From: Scenedesmus sp. PABB004
Taxonomy: Eukaryota
Assembly (NCBI GenBank): GCA_014905635.1
Contig: JABVCE010000004.1
Location: 682,001-746,000 of the forward strand
Reading direction: 5' to 3'
DNA: 64,000 nucleotides
Part shown: one piece after another, positions 12,920 through 22,748 of the stretch
Layout: every line of letters begins with the position of its first letter
Numbering within the stretch: position 1 is the first letter of the stretch
Notes under the pieces: generated by a model
Seen by the model: the letters and a program-made list of their open reading frames with translations, nothing else
Databases searched by the model: none
What the model was told of the DNA's origin: nothing
Program-made: the position numbers and the translations under genes

Positions 12920-14381
12920 AGCCACGCGCCGCCAGCGTCGCCCCCGGCGGCAGGCCTAACAAGCCGCCGTTCTGGACTGCTGCTGCTGCCGCCGCCGCCG
13001 CCGCGTTGGGGCTGCCCTGCTGCAGGCTGCCCAGCCGGGCGGCGGCACGCGTGGATGCGTGCGTGCTGACGGGCACGCCCGCCGGCGGCAAGCCCGAGCC
13101 GCCGTCCGGGCCGCCGTCGCGCGGGCTTCCAAACTGCAGGCCGCCGCCGTCGCTGCTGCTGCGCCGCGCGTGCGCCTGCTGCGGCCCGCCCGGCTCAGTG
13201 TCGCCTGCGGGCGCGGGCGGCGGGCGCGGCGTGACGCCCGGCCCTGCCGCGCCGCGCGCGCCCCGCCGCGCGCGCCCCGCCGCGCCGGCCGCCGCGCGCG
13301 CGGCGCGCCGCACCGCGGTGGTGGCTCCCCGCGACCGCGCCGCCGCCGGCGAGGTTTCCCGCGAAGAACCCGGCCAGGATGAGCGCCGTGCCGCCCAGCA
13401 TCGCTGCCATCGCGCCGCCGCTGGAGAGCCACGCGGGCGTGCCGATGATCGCCTCGACCAGTGCGGCGACGGGGATCTGGACGGACAGGCCCAGCGTCGC
13501 GATCGTCGGGCCGAGCAGCAGCACCGCGTGCGCCCAGAGGTAGTCGCTAAGGCAGTAGTTGAGCACGCCTGGCACAGGCACACACACACGCCGCGGGCGG
13601 GCGACGCTCGCGGCGCGGCGCGGCGGCGCCATGCGCGCGAGCCCCGCAGGCCGCACGCGGCGCACCCTCCACGAGGATTATGAGGTAGGCCTTGGCCGGG
13701 ATTGAGCGCAGGTGCATCGCGCCGACGCCGGCGAGCAGAGCGACGAGCGGCGCAAACGCGGCGGAGCAGAGCAGGCCAACGTAGCCGAAGAAGAGCGCGA
13801 CGTTGGCCTCGTCGTCGTCGGGCAGCGACTTGCGGAGGACGATGGTGTAGCTCGCGTAGAACGCGGCCGACACGAGGCAGAGCAGGTCGCCCGCGACGCT
13901 GTGGCTCGGCCCGCCCCCGCCCGGCGGCGCCGGCGAAGGCGACGGCGACGGCGACGGCGACGGCGGCGGCGCGCCGGCGGCGTTGCTCGCCGCCGCCGCG
14001 CGCTCGTCCGAGAGCGTCACCAGCAGCGTGCCTGTGGGCGGCGGCGCGGCGCGTCCGACCCGGCGCGGAGCGCTCCGCCGCCGCCGCGCAGCACTGCCGC
14101 TGCCGCTGCCGCCGCTGCCGCCGCCACCGCCGGCCAGCCGCGCGCGCGCACCGCCGATGCAGGCGGCGATGCTGAGCAGCTTGGCTGGTGAGTAGGGCTC
14201 TTTGAGCACCAGCATGGACAGGCCAAAGGTGAAGAGGCTGCTCGTGCTGGACAGGATGGTGTTGCTCGTCACGCTCGTGAGGCTGAGCGAGCAGTTGAAC
14301 AGGTACTGTGCGGTGAACCAGAGCAGGAAGCACTGCGCGGCGCCGCCGCGGGGCGGGGCCGCGGCCGCGCGAGACGGGAGC

Positions 14382-14437
<56 letters not shown>

Positions 14438-15099
14438 AGAGGGCGGCGGGCGGCGCGCCGGGCTGCGGCCGCGCGGCGCCAGCGCCCCGAACAACCAACA
14501 CAACGCGCGCGCGCACCTGCGCCGCCGCGACGAACGACTCCTTGTGCGCCGCGGCCGACGCGCGCGCCGCGGCCGACGCCTGCTCCGCCGCGGCCGCCGC
14601 CTCTGCGAGGTCCAGGTCGGCCGCGAGGCTGCCCGGCTCGGCGGCGCTGCTGCGCCGCCGGCGCTGCTGCTCCGCCTCGTCGCCGCCGCCGCTGGGCGAG
14701 CGCGGCAGGCCGTCGTCGTCGTCACCGAGCGCCTTGTACCTGAAGCTGCGCCTGCCGGGCGGCAGCCGGCGGCGAGGCGGCGCCCCGTCGGCGGTCGGCG
14801 GTCGGCGGCGCCACGGCCGCGCGGCCGCGCCGCGCGCGCCGCCGCGGGCCCGGGCCGCACCGCAGCAGCCACGTCTCCTGCAGCAGCGCCTTGAGCTGCA
14901 CGAGCGGGAGGAAGACGGTGAAGATGGAGGTGCTGAGGTAGGTGAGCAGGAAGGGCGAGACGTTGTAGCTCGGCCGCCCCGCCTCGGTGGTGACCAGGAG
15001 CTGGCTGATGAAGGAGGCGGCCACCCAGATGATGGCGGTGAGGAAGATGAGCGCCAGGCCGAGCGCGCGGCCCGACAGGCACGGCACGAGCAGCGCCAT
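12619..15099 (-). CDS. SLC35F5/THI74-like DMT (EamA) transporter, ~6 introns; stop at 12867, or at 12619 if a 1-nt indel near 12941 is corrected
   Basis: GLALIFLTAIIWVAASFISQ; PFLLTYLSTSIFTVFL; LWFTAQYLFNCSLSLTSVTSNTILSSTSSLFT; GDLLCLVSAAFYASYTIVLRK; LFFGYVGL; LSDYLWAHAVLLLGPTIATLGLSVQIPVA. Confidence 0.9.
14382..14433. repeat. Compound (GT)n(GA)n microsatellite, intronic
   Basis: Read directly. Confidence 0.95.
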
Positions 15100-15511
15100 C
15101 GCCCGCCCGGCGCCGGCGCCGCCGGGGGCGCGGCGCCGCGGCGGCGGCGCGGCGAGGTCGCTGGCGTCCGGGAGCACCTGGGCCTGGACCTAAGTCTGGG
15201 CGGGGGCCCGGCTGGGGGGGCTGGCGCCACCGGCGGCGCGCGGCGCGAGCGGCGGGCGCGGCGCGCGCTGCTGTCTCCGCGCCGCCTGCGCCCCCGCGGA
15301 GCAGCGGGCGGGGACGAGCGGGCCTGGGCGCGGCGAGCCAGGCGGGCACTGCGCGCCGGGCGCGCCGCTGGCGACTTTGGCGGGCCAGGGAGGGCGGCAG
15401 GCGGCTTCAACCGCGGCGGCGGCGCGAGGGTAACAAACTTGATGAATGGGCGCTCCTCGCCGCTCCGCGTCGCGCACACGACCGTCGATCGACTCGCGGG
15501 ACGCGCTCGCC

Positions 15512-16274
15512 ATGCCGTGCACGCACTCAGCAGCGCGACCGCGCCTTGCGGGCCTCGGCCCGGCCTGCTGCCCCGCCAGCGCGCCGCGGGCGCCCCAGCG
15601 ACCGCGCCCGTGCCTCCCACGCAGCTGGGTGCAGCTGCCGCGCGCGCAGCAGCAGCCGGGCGGCCCGCAGCCGCAGCCGCAGCCGCAGCAGCAGCCGGGC
15701 GCGCCGCCGCCGCCGCCGCCGCCGCCGCCCGGGCTGGGCGCGCCGCCGTCGGGCGCGACGCCGCGGTTTGAGGTGCGCCGGTGGGGCTGGTGGGGCGGGG
15801 GCGTGCGCGCGGCGGCAGGCCGCGCCCGCCGCGCAGCCGCCGCCCGCTGCGTTCGCAGCCGCCGCCGACGCGCACGCCGCGCCGCGCCGCGCCGCGTCGC
15901 GCAGGACGTGAGCTGGCCGGAGTTCAAGGAGCGCTACCTGCGCCCGACGTACCTCCCCGGCAGCTTCGCGCTCGGCGCGCTCACGCTCGGCCTGCGCGCG
16001 GCGGCGGCCAACTACACGTTCGCCAACGACGTGCGCGGCGCTGACGGGCTCGCGCGCGGGGCGGGTCTGCGCGGCGCCCGCGGCGCGCCCTGCGCCAGCG
16101 CGCCCGCGCGCCCAGCGCCGCCGGGCGCCCGCGTGCCGTGCCGCGCCGCAGCCGTTTGAGTTCCTCGCGACCGCCGCGAGCACGGGCGTGATGTGCATGG
16201 CGCTCGCGTGGGTGCTCTTCGACTTTACCGACACGCCGCCCGGCGGCAGCAACTTCTCGTCGCCGCGCAAGTGA
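15512..16274 (+). CDS. Small putative plastid membrane protein (transit-like N-terminus, two hydrophobic helices), 2 introns
   Basis: Spliced: MPCTHSAARPR..TPRFE|DVSWPEFKERYLRPTYLPGSFALGALTLGLRAAAANYTFAND|PFEFLATAASTGVMCMALAWVLFDFTDTPPGGSNFSSPRK*; canonical gtgcg..cag introns. Confidence 0.65.
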
Positions 16275-16725
16275 AAAGGCGAGCAGCAGTGCCTGGCGGC
16301 GGGCTGCGTCGGCGGGTCGGGGTGGGCGCAGCGTGGCGGCTGGGCGCAGCGTGGCGAGGCATTTGATTGCTCCTGGTGGGCGGCGTGACTGTGGGCCGAG
16401 GGCGCTGCAACACGCGCCCGGCGGGCGGCAGCGCATGAACGAGGACGTCGGGGCCCGCGTGCGAGCGGCGGCGGCGCCGCCGGCAGCGGCGCCGCCGGCA
16501 GCGGCGGTGGGCGCAACTCCGCCGAGAGACCCCCGCCAAGCCACCCCGCCAGCCACAGCTCGCCGCGGCCGTCGAAAGCCCGCGTGCCCGCTGAGTTCGC
16601 GCGGACTTGCCGCGCCCGCGCGCCGGCGCCGCCCTTTCAGGCGCTCGAGCCAGGCCTGCGAGCGTCCACCGCGCGCGCCGCTGCCCCCTGCAGCGCCGAG
16701 CCGCCGGCGGCAGCCAGGCAGCAAC

Positions 16726-19700
16726 ATGGTGCGGCCCCGCGCAACCGCCGCCCTGGGCTCGCAGCGGGCGCCATGCGGCCGCGTGGGGATGCGATCGGTT
16801 CTCCGCCGCGCGCCGCGCCCGGATCGGCGCCGGGCGGGCCGCGGGGCCCGCCATCACCGCCCGCCGGGGCGCCGGCGCGCCGCCTGACGCGCGCGCGCCC
16901 CGCCCGGCCCGCAGGCGTCCCGCTTCTGGGCGGCCGGGTCTGACAGCGAGGAGGAGGAGGAGGTGGCGTCGAGCGAGGAGGAGAGCAGCGAGGAGAGCAG
17001 CTCGAGCAGCAGCTCGGGCAGCAGCAGCAGCTCCAGCGGCTCCGACTCGGACAGCGACAGCGACTCCGACTCCGACTCCGACTCGGACAGCGATGCGCCC
17101 AAGAAGGGCGCCGCCAGGTGCGCGCCGGCGGCCGGCGGGCTCGCAGCGGCGGCGGCGGCGCCGGGCGGGCGGCGGCGCACGCAGCCGGCGGGGCCCTGCG
17201 CGGCGTGCCGCGCGACGCACTGGGGGCTGCGGGCGCGCCGCGCCGCGCGGCGGCCCGCGGCAGCCGCGGCGGGGCGCGCCGCAGCAGGGCGCCGCGGCAG
17301 CCGCGCGCGCGCGCCGCGCCGCCGCCCTCACCCTCGCCGTCGCCCTGGCCCACGCGACGCGCGCCCCCGCCGTCGCCGCTAGGTTCCTGGCGGGCAGCGA
17401 CAGCGACAGCGACAGCGACGGCGACCGGCGCGTCGTGCTGAAGAGCGCCAGGGACAAGCGCTTCAGCGAGCTCACCGACACCTGCGACGAGATCAGGGTG
17501 CGCCGCGGCGGCGGCAGCTGGCGCGGCGGCAGTCGGGCGCGCCAGCGGCAGCGGGCGCGCCGGCGGTGGCGTCGCCGGCAGCAGCCGCAGCAGCAGCAGC
17601 AGCAGCCGCAGCAGCCGCAGCACCGGCGGCAGCGGCCACGCCGGCACGCGCCGGGGGTCGGAGCAGCGGGCGCGCGCGCGCTCTGTGGAGGGGCCCGCGC
17701 CTGAGCGCTCCGCGCCGCCGCGCCTGCTTTTGCACCTTTTCATTGCAGAACAAGATGAAGATCAACGACTGGAGCGCCATCCAGGGCCTCTTTGACGAGC
17801 TCAACAAGCGCCTCGACAAGGCCCGCAAGGTCGCGGAGGGCGTCGGCGTGCCGCGCGTGTACGTGCGCATGCTCGTGGAGCTCGAGGACTGCCTCGTCGG
17901 TGCGCCGCCGCGCAGCTGGGCGCAGCGGCGCAGCACCCACGCAGCGGGACGGCGCGGCGCCGGCGCGGCGGCCGGGAGGCGGCGCGCGCACACCCGGCCT
18001 TGCGCGCGCAGAGACGCTGGCGAACAAGGACCTCAAGAAGAAGATGTCGCCGACCAACGCCAAGGCGCTCAACACGATGCGGCAGCGCCTCAAGAAGCAC
18101 AACACGAGCGACGAGTTCGCCGACCTGGTCACCAAGTTCAGGTGCGCGGCAGCCGCAGCAGCGGCGGCGGCAGGGGGGCAGGCGCCGGGCGCTGGGCCCG
18201 GACGGCGCGGCGGCGGCCTGCTCACGCGGTCGCGCGTGCCGTGCGCCGCCCGCCGCGCAGGGAGAACCCGCAGGACGACGAGGAGGAGGAGGAGGAGGAG
18301 GCGGAGCCGAGCAGCAGCAGCAGCGAGAGCGAGGGCGAGGGCGAGGACGGCGAGGAGAAGCTGGACAAGCGCGCGGGTGCGGCGGCGGCGGCGGTGGCGG
18401 CCGCGCGGCGGCGCCGGGCAGCTGCCGGCGCAGGGCGGCTCGCCGGCCGCGCGGCCGTGGCTGCCCTGCGCGCGCGCCGACGCGCCGCCCGTGTGCCGCG
18501 CCGCGCGCCGCCGCGCAGGCCAGGCCAAGAAGAAGGACAAGCTGCTGAGCATGGAGCCGGCGGACATCACGTACGAGATGGTCTCGCGCAAGCTGGCCGA
18601 GATCGTGACCTCGCGCGGCCGCAAGGGCACCGACAAGGCGGAGCAGGTGGAGATGCTGCAGTTCCTCTCCGGCGTCGCCAAGGGCGTGCCGCAGAAGCTC
18701 GAGGTGCTGCTGCAGCTCGTGTCGAGCCTCTTTGACCTCAGCCCCGGCATCGCCAACTACATGAAGGTGCGAGGGAGAGAGGCAGGGAGGGCGGGCGGCG
18801 GGGGCGCCCCGCGCCGCGCCCGCGCCCGTGCGCGCGCGGCGTCCCCTCACGCGCGCGCGCGCTGCGCTGCGCTCACCCGCCTCGCCCGCCCGCCCGCCGC
18901 CGCCGCCGCCGCGCTGTCGCGCAGGTGGGGCTGTGGAAGCGCGCGATGCTGGTGATGTTGGAGATCACCGACACGCTCGCGGCGCACCCGCACATCATCC
19001 TCGACGACACGCTCGAGCCGACCGACAGCGCGGAGCGCACGGCCGAGCCGGAGCCGAACGAGGCGGGCGAGATCCGTGTGTGGGGCAGCCTCGTCGGCTT
19101 TGTGGAGCGCCTCGACGACGAGATGTTCAAGTCGCTGCAGGCGAGTGGGGAGTGTGGCGCGGCGCGCGGCGCGCGGCGGGCTGGCGCCGGCCGCTCAGCG
19201 CCGGCGCGCGCGCGTTGCGGGCCGGCGCCCGACTGGCCGCGCCTCACCGCCGTCGCCGCCGCGCCGCGCCGTGTGCGCGCGCAGGTGATCGACCCGCACA
19301 CGCACGAGTACATGGCGCGCCTGCGCGACGAGCCCGTGTTCCTCGCGCTCGCGCAGCGCTGCCACGACTACTTTGCGCGCGTCGGCGACGTGCGCAACCA
19401 GCCCAAGGTGCGGCAGGCGGCGCCCCAGGCAGCTCCCGGCGCGGCGCCCGCGCGCGCGCTCTGCCGCGCCCGCGCGCGCCCGCGAGCGCTCGCGCCCGCG
19501 GCCACACACCCACACGCCGCGCCGCGCCGCCGCGCCGCGCCGCCGCCAAACGCACAGATCGCGCTGCGCCTGATCGAGCACTTTTACTTCAAGACCGACG
19601 CCGTGTACGGCGCGATGCGCAAGCTCACGCTCGCGCAGCAGGCCGAGGCCGCGGCGTCGGGCGTCGGCCACGCCGGCGGCGCGATGGGCGCGGCGAGCGA

Positions 19701-20663
19701 CGCCGTCGCCGACGCGGCCGCCGCGGCGACGAGCACCGAGCCGACGGAGGAGCAGACGGCGGACGACAAGGTCGCCATCCCGGTGCCCGCCGACTACGTC
19801 ATGGCCGAGACCTGCGACGACGCGCTGCGCGGCCTCATGGCGTCGGTGTTTGACCACGGCGACGAGCGCACCAAGGCGCGCGCGATGCTCTGCCGCATCT
19901 ACCGCACCGGCCTGCAGGGCGACTTCTACTCTGCGCGCGACATGCTGCTCATGTCCCACCTCCAGGCGCGCCGCCGCGCCCTAAACCCCGCCAGCTGCTG
20001 GCTGCGCGCCGGCCGCGCCGCGTGCTGGCTGCTGGCTGCGCGCGCGCGGGCGGCAGGCCCCGCCGCCGCCGCCCGGCTCTCACCGCGCCGCGCCGCCGCG
20101 CCACCGCCCGCGCCGCTTGCAGGACAACATCATGCACATGGACATCTCCACGCAGATCCTGTACAACCGCGCGATGGCGCAGGTCGGGCTGTCCGCGTTC
20201 CGCCTCGGCCTCATCCCCGAGGCGCACTCGTGCCTGCAGGAGCTCTACGGCAGCGGCCACATCAAGGAGCTGCTCGCGCAGGCGAGCCCCGCGCGCGCGC
20301 GGCGCCGAGCGCCGTTCAAACGCGCGGCGCCGCACCGCCGCAGCGCCGCCCGCGCGCCGCCTACACGCGTGCTCGCCGCCGCCGCCGCCGCGCTGCGCTC
20401 CCGTTTCGTCGCGCAGGGCATGGCCATGGGCAAGTTCCAGGACAAGACGCCGGAGCAGGAGCTGCTGGAGAAGCGGCGCCAGATGCCGTTCCACATGCAC
20501 ATCTCGCTCGAGCTGCTCGAGTCGAGCTGCCTGCTGTCGGCGATGCTGCTCGAGGTCCCCGCCATGGCCGCGTCGCCGCACGGCGGGCGCGGCAAGCGCC
20601 CGATCAGCAAGAGCTTCCACCGCATCCTCGACACCTACAGCCGCCAGACCTTCACCGGTGCGG

Positions 20664-20701
<38 letters not shown>

Positions 20702-22010
20702 GCGGCGCCGCCGCCGCGCGGCGCTCGCTGCGCGCGGCGGCCCGCGCCTGCGCGCCCGCGGGGCGCTTCCTGACCGCCGCCGCCGCTGTGTGTGTCTGTC
20801 CTGCAGGCCCGCCCGAGACCGTGCGCGACCACATCATGGCCGCGACGCGCGCGCTCATGCGCGGCGACTGGTCGGGCGCGTACGACGCGGTCTCCGCGCT
20901 CGGCGTGTGGGCGCTTGTGCCGCAGCGCGAGGGCGTGCTGTCCATGCTCAAGGACAAGCTCAAGGAGGAGGCGCTGCGCACCTACCTCTTCTCCTACAGG
21001 TGAGAGCGAGAGCCAAGCAACAACAATGCCAAAACGCGCGGCGCTGGTGCCGCTAGCTGCCGCCGGGCGCTGCCGACGCACGGCGCGTCGCGGCGCGCCG
21101 CTGACGCGAGCCCGCCCGCCCCCGCTCGCCGCCGCCCGCCGCCGCCGTCACCGCGCAGCGCCCAGTACCGCAGCCTGTCGCTGGACCAGCTGTGCAGCAT
21201 GTTTGACATGCCGGAGAAGCGCGTCTACAGGTGCGGCGCCGCGCGGGGGCCGCAGGGCGCTGCACCGCGACGGGGGAGGGCAGCGCAGGGCAGGCCGCCG
21301 CAGGGGCGCCGCGGCGACTGCTCCCGACGCACACGCGCGCGCGCCGCCCTGCCCGCTCACCCCGCCGCGCCCGCGTCCGCGCCCGCGCCGCCGCAATGCA
21401 GCATTGTGAGCAAGATGATGATCGCGGAGGAGCTGCACGGCTCATGGGACCAGCCGACGCGCACGATCGTGATGCACAGCCTCGAGGCGAGCAAGGCGCA
21501 GGCGCTCGCGGCCGCGTTTGCCGACAAGGCCACGATCCTCGTCGAGCTCAACGAGCGCGCGTACGCGTTCCGCACGGGCGGCCTGCGCGACGACGACGAC
21601 GGCATGGGCGGCCGCCGCGGCGGCGGGCGGCGCGGCCCCGACGGGCAGTGGGAGGAGGACGGCGGCCCGCGCCGCGGCGGCGGCCGCGGCGGCGGCCGCT
21701 TCGGCGGCGGGCGCTTTGGCCCCGGCGGCGACGGCCTCGGCGGCGGCGGCCGCGGCGGCCGCGGCGGCCTCGGCGGCGGGCGCGGCGGCGACCGCGGCGG
21801 CTTCCGCGCGAGCGCGTTTGGCCCGGCGGCATGGCGGGCGGCCTGCCCGACCGCTTCCAGCGCCGCGGGCCGAGCCGGGCGCAGAACACCAACATGCAGG
21901 CCCTCGGCAGCACCAGCCGCGGCGGCGGCGCCGGCGGCGGCGGCCTCGGCGGTATGGGTGGCGGCGCCTACGGCAACCGCGGCGGCGACCGCCGCGGCGG
22001 CGGCCTGTGA
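16726..22010 (+). CDS. eIF3c: Eukaryotic translation initiation factor 3 subunit C, ~13 introns, RGG-rich tail
   Basis: M|ASRFWAAGSDSEEE; RVVLKSARDKRF; KMKINDW; KKKMSPTNAKALNTMRQRLKKHN; SRGRKGTD; VERLDDEMFKSLQ|VIDPHTHEY; ARDMLLMSHLQ; RRQMPFHMHISLELLES; GPPETVRDHIMAA; PCI region SIVSKMMIAEELHGSWDQPT. Confidence 0.97.
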
Positions 22011-22307
22011 GCGCCCCGCGGGCACCTCGCGGCGGCGCGGCGGCGCCCGCCCAGCGCGGGCGCCGGCGCGGCGCGCTCTGGTCGATCGGCGGGCGCGGCG
22101 GGAGGGAGCGCGTGTGGTTGGTTGGCGGCCCCTGGCGGCCTTGGCCGGCGCGTGCGGGCTTGACCAGCGCCCGCGGCGGCGCCAGCCGCAGGCGCGGAGG
22201 GGGCAGGGGGGTGGGGTCGGGTGCGGGCGGGGTGGGGCGGCTGGCCGGGCAGGCCACGGGCATGGGGCCGCGTTGGCGACGTGCGAGCGCGGAGTTGGCG
22301 CCGCCTC

Positions 22308-22312
22308 TGTAA
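22308..22312 (+). promoter_or_regulatory. TGTAA poly(A) signal of eIF3c
   Basis: tgtaa about 300 nt after the stop codon. Confidence 0.6.
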
Positions 22313-22643
22313 CAACGCTCGCCTGCGCACAGCGAGGGCAGCCCGCGGCGTCCGGCGGCCGGGATTTTACAGAAGCGCGCCCCAACCGCTGCCGCCGAGG
22401 ATTTACTGCCCTCGATTGCGCACACCCGCTCCGCGCTGTCTCCCCGTCAACCCCGCAACCCTGGGACGGCAGCAGCAGGGGCAGGCGGGCGCCAGGCGCT
22501 GCTGCAGCAGCGACAGAAGCAGCGCCGCCATCACGGCGCCGCTGCGGTCCCGCCCCGCCTGATCAAGCCCCCTACTCGCGCCCCGGAGGACTGCCGTGCA
22601 CTCATTTTACAGAGGTGGCGTGATTGGAGCAACGCGCGGCGCA

Positions 22644-22738
22644 GCCCATCAGCAGCAGCGACGCCCATCAGCAGCAGCGACGCCCATCAGCAGCAGCGAC
22701 GCCCATCAGCAGCAGCGACGCCCATCAGCAGCAGCGAC
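22644..22738. repeat. Perfect 19-bp minisatellite, 5 copies (GCCCATCAGCAGCAGCGAC)
   Basis: Five contiguous identical units ending 10 nt before the ATG at 22749. Confidence 0.95.
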
Positions 22739-22748
22739 GCAGGCAGAG

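Noticed and set aside
22644..22738. CRISPR-like array
   Set aside because: Units are contiguous with no spacers, there are no cas genes, and the context is eukaryotic.
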